Positions 39,775-50,563 are shown, counted from the stretch's first letter. The stretch is 64,000 bases of DNA from Promethearchaeota archaeon (GCA_048937405.1 JBHLNF010000002.1:1-64000); one strand, 5' to 3'. Numbers and translations are program-made. The notes: a model not told the origin generated them from the letters alone.

Positions 39775-40683
39775 TTATTCCTTGGATTTTTCTAGAATCA
39801 ACCGTGCTTCAAATAGATTTAATTTTTTTCCTGCTTTTTGTTTTTCTAGGGCTGTAGCTAATTTATCTTGTTTAATTTTTTCAAGCATTTCATCTTTTTT
39901 ATTTACTCGATAATATTTCATTGCTGGTTTTTTACTAGATTTGGGAGTTTTCTTCCCTTTATAGGTGTTTTTTCTTTGATTCATTAACTTTAGATATTGT
40001 TCATGGAATTTATCAGCCGTTTTTTTATTATTTATTAGTTCCTCTTCTAGTTTTCTCTTATCTTCTTTCAATTTATCTACATTCTGAAATTCTTGAAGCA
40101 TTTTTGAATGATTATCTTGTGATTTTTCTGACCATTTATTCAATTGTTCATAGATTTTATTGAGATTAATTTTAACAATTTCAATTTTTCTTTCAATTAT
40201 AAATAATTCATTGCTGTTTTGTTCTGATAGATATTCCTGTTTCATTGCTGCCAATTCTCTTATTTTATCAATTATAGTGTTTTCTTCGTTAATATCCAGT
40301 TTTTCAGTTTCTATTCTTCTCTCTAAATTCTCTATCTTATGTTCAATTTGTTTTATCGAAAGGATTTGTTTGTTTTTATTATCCTCTTTTTGGAGATTTT
40401 TTTTTTCTTCTATTAAATCCTCTAAAAGAGTTTTATATTCAATTTTTTTTTCTTTTAATTTTTTAACCTTATTATTCCAGAAATCTCTTTTCTTTTTATA
40501 ATGATCTTTCGCGATTTTTAGAGATTTAGCAATTTCATTATCAATTTCTTGAAGACCGTTGATGTAATCTTTTGTTTTTTTATTTAGTCCATCCCTCTTT
40601 TGGCGCAAATCTTCAATTTTTGATTGAAGGCTTCCAAAGGTAGTTTGCGATGATCGAGTTTCTTGGGGTTTCTCTTTACTCAT
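39775..40683 (-). CDS. Archaeal coiled-coil protein
   Basis: Heptad K/E-rich sequence; C-terminal K.KAGKKLNL.E typical of archaeal coiled-coil (COG1340-like) proteins. Confidence 0.75.
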   Translation of the reverse strand: MSKEKPQETRSSQTTFGSLQSKIEDLRQKRDGLNKKTKDYINGLQEIDNEIAKSLKIAKDHYKKKRDFWNNKVKKLKEKKIEYKTLLEDLIEEKKNLQKEDNKNKQILSIKQIEHKIENLERRIETEKLDINEENTIIDKIRELAAMKQEYLSEQNSNELFIIERKIEIVKINLNKIYEQLNKWSEKSQDNHSKMLQEFQNVDKLKEDKRKLEEELINNKKTADKFHEQYLKLMNQRKNTYKGKKTPKSSKKPAMKYYRVNKKDEMLEKIKQDKLATALEKQKAGKKLNLFEARLILEKSKE

Positions 40684-40853
40684 AAATTAATTCATAAAAG
40701 AGTATTTATAAAAAGCGTTTTTATAAGTTTAATATATTTGTGAGTTGTAGATTTTTTATATATTTTGTGTAAATAAATTAATAATAATAATAAGCTTTCT
40801 TAATAAAAATTAAAGATTTTATACTTTAGAAATTAAAAAAGATAATATTTAAA

Positions 40854-41720
40854 ATGAGCTCTGATATTATTAAAGAGAATGACTTAATCTTTTTGGTTCT
40901 TGATGAAAAAAGAAGATGGTTAGTTCAAGCGAAATCTGGAAATGATTTTCATACACATAAAGGAATTATTGAATTTGATGATATAATTGGTAAAAATTAT
41001 GGTTCAGTAATATTTTCAAAACCTCTTGAAACTCAAGGGTATAAATTTTATATACTAAAACCATTACCCTCTGATTATATTCTTCATATGACAAGGAAGA
41101 CTCAAATTATATATCCAGAAGATGCAGGATTAATCTTACTTTATACTGGAATTGGACCAGGAAGTACGGTTATTGAAGCAGGATGTGGATCAGGGGCTCT
41201 AAGTTGTATTTTAGGAAATTTTATTCGTCCAAATGGACATGTATATTCATATGATGTTAGTGAAAAATCAATTAAAAGAGCAAAGTTAAATTTGAAGAGA
41301 GCCAACTTAGATAGTGTTGTTTCAATTCAATCTGGAGATATTATAAATGATGATTTTCACTTAAAAGATATTGATGCTGTAGTTTTAGACATGCCTACTC
41401 CTTGGAACGCTATTGAAAAAGCATTAAGTTATTTGAAATTAAGTGGTACGATTGCTTCTTTTTCACCTACTATTGAACAAATTAAAAAAACAGTTTCAAT
41501 AATGAAGGAAAAAAAAATGGTTGAGATTAATACCTATGAACTCATAAAAAGAAGAATTCAAGTAAAAGAAAACGCCACTCGACCAGAAGTAAGAATGATT
41601 GGGCATACTGGCTATTTAACATTTGGAAGAAAAATCAATAATATTGAAAATCCTTATCGAGAAAGGAAACCTAAAGTAAATGAATATATTGATCTTACTG
41701 ATATGCCTTTAAGAGAATAG
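40854..41720 (+). CDS. trmI: tRNA (adenine-N1)-methyltransferase TrmI
   Basis: FHTHKG, RKTQIIYP.D, EAGCGSG, LDMP.PW, GHTGYL. Confidence 0.95.
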   Translation: MSSDIIKENDLIFLVLDEKRRWLVQAKSGNDFHTHKGIIEFDDIIGKNYGSVIFSKPLETQGYKFYILKPLPSDYILHMTRKTQIIYPEDAGLILLYTGIGPGSTVIEAGCGSGALSCILGNFIRPNGHVYSYDVSEKSIKRAKLNLKRANLDSVVSIQSGDIINDDFHLKDIDAVVLDMPTPWNAIEKALSYLKLSGTIASFSPTIEQIKKTVSIMKEKKMVEINTYELIKRRIQVKENATRPEVRMIGHTGYLTFGRKINNIENPYRERKPKVNEYIDLTDMPLRE

Positions 41721-41727
41721 AATTATT

Positions 41728-42060
41728 ATGGAAGTGAATTATGAAGATTTTTTAAAGCTAGATATACGTGTTGGATTAGTAAAAAGTTGTCAAAAAATCC
41801 CTAAATCAAAAAATCTCTATAAGTTAATGGTAGATTGTGGACAGAAAAGCTTAAGGCAAATCGTGACAGGTATTGCGAAATTTTATTCTCCAGAGGATTT
41901 GATTAATGAGAAGATTATTGTACTTATAAATTTAAAATCAAGAAAATTCATGGGTATTGAAAGTCAAGGGATGCTTCTTGCAGCCGATCTCAATAATGAA
42001 CCTTTTTTGTTAAAAATTGATGAACGAAAACCTGTTCCTCCAGGATCTAAAATAAGGTGA
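41728..42060 (+). CDS. tRNA-binding OB-fold protein (Trbp111/MetRS C-terminal-like)
   Basis: DFLKLDIRVG, RQIVTGI, NLK.RK.MG.ESQGMLLAA. Confidence 0.92.
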   Translation: MEVNYEDFLKLDIRVGLVKSCQKIPKSKNLYKLMVDCGQKSLRQIVTGIAKFYSPEDLINEKIIVLINLKSRKFMGIESQGMLLAADLNNEPFLLKIDERKPVPPGSKIR

Positions 42061-42483
42061 TTAAAATCCTTTCAATTGAGCACCAGTTCTAAATTCCTTC
42101 TTTTTTTTAAATCGTTCAGTCTTAAAAAAATGTTTTTTCTTTTCAGGTAAAATCTCTACATATTTTCTTAGAATATCTTCAATATATTCTTTCGTATACT
42201 TATTACTTGTAATATTATTTGGTTCTGATAAATATTTTAATATTTCTTTATTTTTTGCATCATAAGAAAGACCGAGATTTTTTAACGGAATATGAACAGA
42301 ATGTTGAAACCATCCTGAGGATTTCTCGTCATGAGCAATTATTTTCAATATATTAACTTCTTCTTTTTTAATTTTAAAATCAAGAAGTCTTTTACCAGGT
42401 CTAATGATTATACTTATGTATTCTGGGATTTTATTCTTAGGATCGTGTATTTTCTTGTAAAATTCCTCTAACCTTTTACTCAT
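42061..42483 (-). CDS. Hypothetical basic protein
   Basis: 140-aa ORF with gene-like composition; no motif recognised. Confidence 0.65.
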   Translation of the reverse strand: MSKRLEEFYKKIHDPKNKIPEYISIIIRPGKRLLDFKIKKEEVNILKIIAHDEKSSGWFQHSVHIPLKNLGLSYDAKNKEILKYLSEPNNITSNKYTKEYIEDILRKYVEILPEKKKHFFKTERFKKKKEFRTGAQLKGF

Positions 42484-42598
42484 GATTTATTTAAATAGTC
42501 AATATATTTGAAAACTAGATAGTTAAATTAAAATTCATAAATAAATTTATTATTTAATAGTATTAGCTTTTTTTCTAAATCATTTAGAAGACAGCAAA

Positions 42599-43648
42599 AT
42601 GAGCTCTTTAGAATCTCAACTTTATGAAAAAATTGTAATGAAAAAGAAAGTTTGCGTTTTAGGGGGGATGGAATATTATAAAGATGAATTTCAAAAAGAA
42701 TTGAGTTCTAATACCTTACCCATAGAAAATAAGCAAAATATTGGAGTAAATATTAGTAAAATTGATTTTTTATTTGGAGAAAATGATAGATTTGAGATTC
42801 TTTTATGGAATATTGATTGTAGACAACAAAGAGCTTATTTACGCACAATTTTTTACAATGGTGCTGAAGCGATAATAATACTGATATCTGAATCAAAAGT
42901 GGATCAACTTTTAAGTTATCTTGAAGAAATCCAAACACGTATGCCCCCTATTACTTTAGTTTTCTGTATTATTCTTGAGAAATTCACCAAAAATGAAATT
43001 ATTGATAGATATTTCAAAGAAAAAGATTTTAAATCAAAAATTAAATCATATAATATTAAAATTAGGGAAATATCTAAACCCTCAGACATTTTAGATCAAA
43101 TTTGTTCTAATTTCATAAAAAAGGAGAAACAGAAAGAAATAGATAATACGTATTACATTGATTTTATTCCTTTAAATTTACTTTTCTTTCAATCTGAGGT
43201 TTCTGATGAATGTTATGATTATTTCGAACCTGAAATTCGCAATACCAAAATCAGTCATAAAATAAATATAGAAAAACTCACAAAATACATTTTAAGTCTA
43301 AATTTAAATGTAAAATATGAAGCCCCAAATTGGCTAATAATTGAAAATAAAGTTTTTGGTACTTTTTCCTTATATCTAAAAAATGGAAATATATACTATT
43401 ATCCCAAAAAATGCAAAAATTGTAAGGAGAGCAAGTGTTTGAAAAGAAAAAAGGCGCCCTTTTTCATTTGCATTGAAGCAGGAGAATCAAATGGGTGGAC
43501 GAATATTAAAGGATTTGAAAAAATTGAACTTCTTATCCTATCAAAAATATTTGCTTTAAAGGAAGGAAATGAGGATAATCTTCCAAAATCAGTATTGAAC
43601 CAAATTATCAATATTAATAAATGTGATAAAGAAACTAATGAAAAATGA
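42599..43648 (+). CDS. Degenerate Ras/Rab-like GTPase domain plus Cys-rich C-terminal domain
   Basis: KKVCVLG, IGVNI, LWNI, FYNGAEAII follow small-GTPase strand order but GKS/T and DxxG are missing; CKNC...C...C. Confidence 0.6.
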   Translation: MSSLESQLYEKIVMKKKVCVLGGMEYYKDEFQKELSSNTLPIENKQNIGVNISKIDFLFGENDRFEILLWNIDCRQQRAYLRTIFYNGAEAIIILISESKVDQLLSYLEEIQTRMPPITLVFCIILEKFTKNEIIDRYFKEKDFKSKIKSYNIKIREISKPSDILDQICSNFIKKEKQKEIDNTYYIDFIPLNLLFFQSEVSDECYDYFEPEIRNTKISHKINIEKLTKYILSLNLNVKYEAPNWLIIENKVFGTFSLYLKNGNIYYYPKKCKNCKESKCLKRKKAPFFICIEAGESNGWTNIKGFEKIELLILSKIFALKEGNEDNLPKSVLNQIININKCDKETNEK

Positions 43649-43766
43649 CTGCTGTGGTAAAAACTTTTAATCTCTAGTTCCATTTATTTCTTATTTATTT
43701 TAAAAAAAACAAGCATTAGAATGTAATTACATAGAATTAATATAACAAAGCCAAATTATAAGCATC

Positions 43767-44189
43767 ATGGCAGTCATATTACAAAAATTTGGAATTAAAA
43801 CAAAAGCTTATTGTGACGTAATTAATATTACTCAAGATGTTCAAAATGCTATTAATAAAAGTGGAATTGAAAATGGATTAGTAAATGTTCATGTTGCAGG
43901 TTCTACTGGGGCAATATCAACCACAGAATATGAACCAGGATTGGTAAAACATGATATTAAAAATTTATTAGAAAAACTAATACCATATGATCACGATTAT
44001 GCGCATCATAAAACTTGGCATGATTATAATGGAGCTGGACATTTAAGAAGTTTTCTCATAAAAACAAGCCAAACTTTTCCAATTCAAAAAGGAAATTTAC
44101 TATTAGGCAGCTGGCAAAATATCATTTTCATTGAAAATGATGAAAAAGGAAGATCGCGTACTATATATTGTACTGTGATAGGGGAATGA
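43767..44189 (+). CDS. YjbQ/UPF0047 family protein
   Basis: GST.AI...EYEPGL, Y.HH, N..GHLRS, LG.WQ.I...E.D. Confidence 0.92.
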   Translation: MAVILQKFGIKTKAYCDVINITQDVQNAINKSGIENGLVNVHVAGSTGAISTTEYEPGLVKHDIKNLLEKLIPYDHDYAHHKTWHDYNGAGHLRSFLIKTSQTFPIQKGNLLLGSWQNIIFIENDEKGRSRTIYCTVIGE

Positions 44190-44339
44190 AAAAAGATTAT
44201 ATATATTGTATTAATTTGTTAAAATTTTCAGCCACAATTAATCTTCTCATTAATAATCTAAGATTTATAATAATTTTACTTAATTTAAGACCTAGCTTAT
44301 CCTAACCTCTCCTAAATTATCAAAAATAATTTGAAAAAA

Positions 44340-44570
44340 TTATTTTGTTTTAGAATCTTTTATCAACTTATCTAATTCTGCAATTATTATCTGGTATTTG
44401 TCCCGTATACAAATTTCCTCAAATTTTTCAGCAAGATTCACAACAGTTTTATCGAATTGTTTAACCTGCTCAGTGAATACAGGAATTTTTTTAAATGTTT
44501 CATAGCTTTCTTCTTTGAGTCTAATTTGATATTCTAAATTTTGCAAAAATTTATTTTCTACCTCAGTCAA
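44340..44570 (-). CDS. Short hypothetical protein, possibly a gene remnant
   Basis: 76-aa helical ORF with TTG start; upstream region has broken frames. Confidence 0.4.
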   Translation of the reverse strand: MTEVENKFLQNLEYQIRLKEESYETFKKIPVFTEQVKQFDKTVVNLAEKFEEICIRDKYQIIIAELDKLIKDSKTK

Positions 44571-44886
44571 AACATCAACCTCTTTTATGAATTATATTAT
44601 TGAGTAAAATCAACCTATCCACTTTTAAAAATATAAATATCATATAAATGTCATCAAATTTACAATACAATTGCTTTTCTTTTTGAAAAATCTCTCAGAA
44701 AATTAATATTGTGACCATAGGAATGATATCTAAATGAGATCTCAATATTATAGTGATCATTATATTTATCAGAGTCAATAAAAAAAATAAAAATCCTTAT
44801 TTTTTATTCACAGAAATTTAAATTTATGTAGATCTATTATTTTATTACATTCAATAAATACTTTAAATAAGTATGAGTTATTCTCA

Positions 44887-45810
44887 ATGGAGTCATTATT
44901 AAAAATTATTGTAAGTGGTCTCGATAATGCAGGGAAGACTTCAATCTTAACAGCATTAGATAAAAAATATGATTTTGAAAAGGATATAGTCCAACTTAAG
45001 CCTACTATTAGAGTGGAATATCATAAAATGAATTTTTTAAGGAATCGGACTGTATTTTGGGACATGGGGGGTCAAGAGACTTACCGTGAGATTTATGTAA
45101 ATTATCAAGATGTTTATTTTGATGCTACAGATCTCCTTATTTACGTAATTGACGTTCAAGATCCAGATCGATTTGATACTTCACTTGAATATTTAAACTC
45201 AATTCTAACATTTTTTTCAGAAAATGAGATGGATGTTCCAATAATCATAACATTTCATAAATTAGATCCCGAGTTAAAAGCTGATGAGAAGATCCTCGCA
45301 AATATTGAAAAATTAAGAGAAAGGATTTTAGAAAAATATCCAAACTTCAATATTTTATTTCAACAATCCTCTATTTATGATATTATTTCAATAGTGCAAT
45401 TAGTTTCATATGGTTTATCTGTGTTTGATAAGAAGTTCTTCGAACTAAGCGAACTTTTGGAATATTATCTGGAAATTTTTAAGAGTCAAGCTCTTATTGT
45501 GTTTGATCATAATGGTATTATTATTTCAGAATATTATAATAATATCGATCCTGATGTATATGTTGAGTTGATAGAATCAATTAAAGAACATCTTTTTTTA
45601 CTTAAACGAATGGAGGAGGAAAAATATGAAGGGAATTTTGATTTTATCGCATCTGAAGGGAAACTATTTTCATATCTACTGAAATTCAAAATTAAATCTG
45701 ATACGTTTTTTGTATCAGCACTCTTGAAAGAAGATTTGAAAACAAAATTTTTTGAGAAATTCCCTGAATTTCTTGATGATTTAACCAAGATTTTAGAGCA
45801 GTTAATGTAA
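44887..45810 (+). CDS. Arf/Rag-like small GTPase with C-terminal roadblock/longin-like domain
   Basis: GLDNAGKT, PT, WDMGGQ, HKLD, SSIYD; C-terminal LIVFDHNGIIISE. Confidence 0.85.
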   Translation: MESLLKIIVSGLDNAGKTSILTALDKKYDFEKDIVQLKPTIRVEYHKMNFLRNRTVFWDMGGQETYREIYVNYQDVYFDATDLLIYVIDVQDPDRFDTSLEYLNSILTFFSENEMDVPIIITFHKLDPELKADEKILANIEKLRERILEKYPNFNILFQQSSIYDIISIVQLVSYGLSVFDKKFFELSELLEYYLEIFKSQALIVFDHNGIIISEYYNNIDPDVYVELIESIKEHLFLLKRMEEEKYEGNFDFIASEGKLFSYLLKFKIKSDTFFVSALLKEDLKTKFFEKFPEFLDDLTKILEQLM

Positions 45811-45845
45811 ATGAGTTACTAACAAAATAGCATTTAAATAAATGC

Positions 45846-46868
45846 TTATTTTAGAAGTGATTTGAAATTTGATTTTTTAAAATATGTAAACGCACGTTTA
45901 CCTGCTGTAATTTGCAGCTCAGATATGATTTCATTCAATACTTTAAAAAACTGGTATTCCTGAAGATTGGAATCAACTTTCATTCTAATAATATAGGCAG
46001 ATTTGTTAGTTTTGGGTACTTTTACTCTCATATAACCTCCAGGAGTGTATAAATCATCAGTTTTTATCTCTAATTTAGCATTTAACCCAAATTGTGCTAA
46101 AATGTTGAAGTATATCTGCCATGCTTCTTCATTACTCGGAAGTGATATTGGTTTTCGATTCTCATAAAGAGTAGCACTATCAATTATTAAGTCAGTCTCC
46201 TTAATTTTTCCAAATAATCCGAGAATCCAAATGAATCTCCACAGAAAATCTTTTCTTAACAAATAATTTTCATACCCTGCGACAGTATCGATACCTTTAA
46301 CACCTAAATTAGAATTAGCAATTTCAACCAATTTATTGTATATTCGATTAAAATTACTATTCTTAAATTCCCCCTTTAATATTGTAATGTTAGTTTTTTT
46401 AGATATGAGCTTTGGATCTTTAATTTGATTATCCTTCAGTTCACTACGGATTTTCCCGAGATTTGTCATAAAATCAAACATCTTAATATAATGATCGTAA
46501 GTGTCATCATCGATATCACTTTCTATTTTTTCTGATATTTTTTCCCTTGTAAAATCATTTCTAGCTACGGTATTTGCACATGGGAATCTACTACAATAAG
46601 CACAATTCTTAATTTCATTATATTCTCCACACTTTCTTGTACGACATTTTTTTAGTAAATTAAAAAAAGGATGTTTTGGTAATTCTTCATTTGGAGTTAA
46701 ACAACCAACACAACCTTCCCATTCGTAATTTACTGGTTTAAACCCAGTATATTTCTTCACTTTTTCAGAATATCCCTCCCAATCCTCTTTATTGATTTTC
46801 TTACGCATGTACATAGACCAAGGGCATTCAGAACATAAATAACCGCATCGTGAGATTATCTGATTCAT
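45846..46868 (-). CDS. DUF3795-like domain protein with C-terminal extension
   Basis: SRCGYLCSECP, CVGC, CRTRKC, NCAYCSRFPC. Confidence 0.8.
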   Translation of the reverse strand: MNQIISRCGYLCSECPWSMYMRKKINKEDWEGYSEKVKKYTGFKPVNYEWEGCVGCLTPNEELPKHPFFNLLKKCRTRKCGEYNEIKNCAYCSRFPCANTVARNDFTREKISEKIESDIDDDTYDHYIKMFDFMTNLGKIRSELKDNQIKDPKLISKKTNITILKGEFKNSNFNRIYNKLVEIANSNLGVKGIDTVAGYENYLLRKDFLWRFIWILGLFGKIKETDLIIDSATLYENRKPISLPSNEEAWQIYFNILAQFGLNAKLEIKTDDLYTPGGYMRVKVPKTNKSAYIIRMKVDSNLQEYQFFKVLNEIISELQITAGKRAFTYFKKSNFKSLLK

Positions 46869-47046
46869 AATTATTTCACTGTGATTATTTAATCTCCTTT
46901 ACATTTTAAACAATAACAAACTTAAGATTTTTCAATTTATTTAAAAAATTCTGAAATTTATATTCAAATTTTTGTAAAGCGAAGTTTATGCTTATTTACT
47001 TAATCGATATATTAATCTAGGGTAAAGTAATAGAAACAAAATACTA

Positions 47047-48159
47047 TTAATCAATATTTAAAAGAGATCGAGCAATATCAATCGACTTTTCTTTTTTCTT
47101 TTGATGTTCTTTTATAAATTTCAATACTTTTTCGACACATTCACGTTTATGATCACCGCACATTAATTCTCCTTTAACGCACATTTCGAAGTCTTTAGCT
47201 AACTTATCATCATCTTCTTCAAAATGATACATAAGCATTTTATAAATCATGCACTTCTGTGGCTCACCACCTAATTCTTTTTGTTCTTTTAGATTTTTTC
47301 TGCCCCCAGTAAGTGCTCCTTTCACTTTTTTTTCAATTGATTCCAACGATTCATTAAATGTAAAGTAACTATTAGGATGTCTTTTAGCCATTTTTTCAGA
47401 TCCATCAATTCCCGCTAATAAATAATGATAAGTAGCACCAGGTAAGAAGAAATTCTTATAATTCCTGCGAGTTAAATCTCTAGTAAGACGTAAATGAGGA
47501 TCCTGATCAATTCCTACTGGTACTAATGTTGGTTGTGGACCGTCTAGAACCTGTGGTAAAACGATATCTCCAACTTGAATTAATGATGAGAGATAAAGCC
47601 CAAATGTTCGTTCACCATAAATTGCATTTAACATATTTTGAGTTACTAGTCTACTCACCTTAAAACATACTTCTTGGACAATGGATTCTTTTGACTGTCT
47701 CCAAATGTAAGCTTTTTCTGGAGAAGGGTCTAAACCAAGAGCTATTATGTCTGCAAGATTATCTACTGCAGTTTCTTCTGCTTCATCCCATGGAATTCCA
47801 TTATCTTCCCAGCTTTCAATATCTGCTATCCCATAATATGCTTTTGCTCCCATTTTTTGAAATTCCACGATCTCTAAAGCCGTAGTTGACGTTCCTAAAT
47901 GAAAAGGTCCAGAAGGCTTAATTCCACTCATTACAGCCCAAGGTTGATTTTTTTCCATTGCTTTAAAAATGAGTCCCAAATCTCGATGTCCGAATATAAT
48001 TTTCCGACGGATAAAACGATTCTCATTCAACTTTAACCTTAAAGTATCTGTAACTTCCTCGATCCCAAATTCTCGGATTAGTTTATCATAATCATCCTCT
48101 AACAACGATGTAGATCCCCAAGGATCTATTTTAAAATCGTCATCCATGCTTTTATTCAC
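47047..48159 (-). CDS. trpS: Tryptophanyl-tRNA synthetase (archaeal/eukaryotic type)
   Basis: IDPWG, GIKPSG.FHLG, PVGIDQDPH.R.TRD, KMAK, ALTGG, MCG..K. Confidence 0.95.
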   Translation of the reverse strand: MNKSMDDDFKIDPWGSTSLLEDDYDKLIREFGIEEVTDTLRLKLNENRFIRRKIIFGHRDLGLIFKAMEKNQPWAVMSGIKPSGPFHLGTSTTALEIVEFQKMGAKAYYGIADIESWEDNGIPWDEAEETAVDNLADIIALGLDPSPEKAYIWRQSKESIVQEVCFKVSRLVTQNMLNAIYGERTFGLYLSSLIQVGDIVLPQVLDGPQPTLVPVGIDQDPHLRLTRDLTRRNYKNFFLPGATYHYLLAGIDGSEKMAKRHPNSYFTFNESLESIEKKVKGALTGGRKNLKEQKELGGEPQKCMIYKMLMYHFEEDDDKLAKDFEMCVKGELMCGDHKRECVEKVLKFIKEHQKKKEKSIDIARSLLNID

Positions 48160-48337
48160 TCTTTTCTTAACATTTGATATAAAAAATATATAAAGGAAAA
48201 TAAATTTGATACATTTTCAAAAGGATTAAAAAAACAAGCTATAACTTTGTTAAAAAATTTTCAATAAAAATAAGATTTTTCTAAACTTTTATATATTTCT
48301 CAAAATAAATTATATTGATCGCACTTTTATTTTAAAG

Positions 48338-48811
48338 TTGGTTCATAAAATGAAAAAAGAGAAGATCCTCGATGAAATTGATAGAAATATTCTTAGAATA
48401 CTACAAGAGGATGCTCGAACGAGTTACCGCGAGATTCAGGATAAATTAGGAATCTCAATTGGTACTATACATAACCGCATCACTAAATTAAAGAAGAATG
48501 GAGTGATTGAGGGATATACTTTACGTTTAAGCAATGAAAAACTTGGCTATAAATTATCCTTCTTGATTAGAATCGACTGTGATGGTAAATTTACTGAAGA
48601 AATCTTAAGTGAAATTGCTAAAATCCCTGAAGTTTGTAGCATTTTCCATACAACTGGTGACCAATCTGCTGCTCTAATTTGTAGATTTAAAGAATCGGAA
48701 GACGTCCATAACTTTATTCGAAATTTAAATCAAAGAAAATATATTTCGAGAACTAATTCGAATATGATTTTAAAGGAATACAAAAACAGTTCATACGTAG
48801 AATTTCAATAG
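48338..48811 (+). CDS. Lrp/AsnC transcriptional regulator
   Basis: LDEIDR.IL..LQEDAR.SY.EI...GIS.GT..NR...L...GVI.GY. Confidence 0.95.
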   Translation: MVHKMKKEKILDEIDRNILRILQEDARTSYREIQDKLGISIGTIHNRITKLKKNGVIEGYTLRLSNEKLGYKLSFLIRIDCDGKFTEEILSEIAKIPEVCSIFHTTGDQSAALICRFKESEDVHNFIRNLNQRKYISRTNSNMILKEYKNSSYVEFQ

Positions 48812-48973
48812 TATATTTTTAATATCTTATTTTTAGAAAATACAATTATAGAATTATCTCTTTATTAACGTTTTTAATGAAATAAAGAAAACTTTTTTAA
48901 TTTTTATGATTTAGAGATCATTAAATAATCTGAATCATCAATCAATAATTTATTATAAAAATGTGAAAAAAAA

Positions 48974-50563
48974 ATGAGTAATGTTCCAATAATCATATTA
49001 AAAGAAGGTACAGAAGAGGTTCGTGAAAAAGAAGCTCGAAAACAAAATATCACAGCTATGGTTGCAATAGCGGAAACTATCCGATCAACCCTTGGTCCAA
49101 AGGGTATGTCGAAAATGTTAGTTGACTCTATGGGAGACGTGACTATTACCAATGATGGAGCAGAAATTTTATCTAATTTGGATATCGAAAATATAGCAGC
49201 AAACATGATGGTCAATGTCGCAAAATCCATTGATGATGATATTGGTGATGGTACCACATCAGTAGTAATCTTTTCTGCTGCTTTATTAAATAATGCCTTA
49301 GAATTGATTGAACAAGATATTCATCCAAAACCTATTATACATGGATATAAAATCGCAGCTGATAAAGCCCTTAAGATAATCAGTGAAATTGCTGTGAAAA
49401 TTTCGAGTGAAGATAATGAAGTTCTAAAAAATGCTGCTAAAACAGCTATGAATGCAAAGGATATTTCCCCATTAAAAGACTTTTTTGCAGATTTGGCCCT
49501 TAGAGCTGTTAAACATATTGCTGATGAAGATGAAAAAACGTTTTCAAAAGTAGGTAATGTTAAAATTGTAAAAGCTCCAGGGAAATCGCTTAGAGAGACA
49601 GAATTGATCAATGGGGTATATACACAAAAGGAAAAGGTTAATACTATGATGCCTGATCAAATAAAGAATGCAAAAATCGCGGTTATTAGGAGAAAATTAG
49701 ATGTAAAGAAAACTGAATTTGATGCTCAAGTTAGAATTTCTAGTCCTTCAGAGATACAAAAATTCCTAGATCAAGAAGAGAAAATACTGTTAAATTACTT
49801 GAAAATTTTTAAAGATTTAGGAGTAAATATGATTGTAAATAGTAGTGATATCTCTGATAAATTTGGTGCTTTCTTAGCTAAGGAAGGAATAGCGGGAATT
49901 AAAAGTGTAGGTGAAAGTGATTATAAATCAATTATGAAGGCAGTTGGTGCTAATCTTGTAGATGATTTAACATCACTATCAGAAAATGATTTGGGTTTTG
50001 CCGAAAAAATCTTATTTGAAAAAATAGGTGATGATGAGTATACTTTATTTTCTGGGTGTAAAAATCCAAAATCTGTATCTATTTTACTTAAAGGTGGGCT
50101 TGATAAGATACTAAGTACTGCTGAAGTTTCTTTACACGACGTATTATGCGTCATTGCCAAAATCCTTGACACTAAAATGGTTGTGGCAGGTGGAGGTGCA
50201 ATTTTTATTGAACTTGCAAAAAGAATTAGAGATTACGCAAATGAAATTGGTGGTAAAGAACAACTTGCGGTAAACGCTTTTGCTTTAGCACTTGAAGAAA
50301 TCCCAAAAACATTAATAAAAAATGCTGGACTAGAAGAAATTGAAAAATTAACCGAGTTAAGAGCAGCACATAAAACAACAGATGATAAATGGATTGGGAT
50401 CGACACTATAACTAACACAATTGGAAATAATTTTAAAAAAGGAATAGTCGAACCCGCCGAATTAATTAACCATATTATTAAATCTGGTAGTGAATTAGCA
50501 AATCTTATCTTGAGAGTAGACAGAATCATAAGTGCTAAAGGTACTAAACCAGAAGGATTATAA
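48974..50563 (+). CDS. Thermosome (group II chaperonin) subunit
   Basis: TLGPKGM, ITNDGA, GDGTTS, HD.LC, GGGA. Confidence 0.97.
   Translation: MSNVPIIILKEGTEEVREKEARKQNITAMVAIAETIRSTLGPKGMSKMLVDSMGDVTITNDGAEILSNLDIENIAANMMVNVAKSIDDDIGDGTTSVVIFSAALLNNALELIEQDIHPKPIIHGYKIAADKALKIISEIAVKISSEDNEVLKNAAKTAMNAKDISPLKDFFADLALRAVKHIADEDEKTFSKVGNVKIVKAPGKSLRETELINGVYTQKEKVNTMMPDQIKNAKIAVIRRKLDVKKTEFDAQVRISSPSEIQKFLDQEEKILLNYLKIFKDLGVNMIVNSSDISDKFGAFLAKEGIAGIKSVGESDYKSIMKAVGANLVDDLTSLSENDLGFAEKILFEKIGDDEYTLFSGCKNPKSVSILLKGGLDKILSTAEVSLHDVLCVIAKILDTKMVVAGGGAIFIELAKRIRDYANEIGGKEQLAVNAFALALEEIPKTLIKNAGLEEIEKLTELRAAHKTTDDKWIGIDTITNTIGNNFKKGIVEPAELINHIIKSGSELANLILRVDRIISAKGTKPEGL

Noticed and set aside
39775-40683. 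Possible ESCRT-III/SMC-like cytoskeletal protein
   Set aside because: No ATPase or Snf7 signature; fits the widespread archaeal coiled-coil family.
44571-44760. Minus-strand frame with an internal TGA upstream of the 76-aa ORF (possible recoding)
   Set aside because: The translation has no recognisable motif or redox context; more likely non-coding or decayed sequence.
48904-50529. Several minus-strand ORFs (83-117 aa)
   Set aside because: Antisense shadows of the thermosome gene. The same applies to the other short track ORFs lying opposite trpA, porA, aroA, glyA, pckG and hdrA.
48974-50563. Thermosome as a specialised CCT-like paralogue
   Set aside because: Catalytic motifs are intact and the only visible oddity is the lack of a GGM tail; cannot be supported without a phylogeny.
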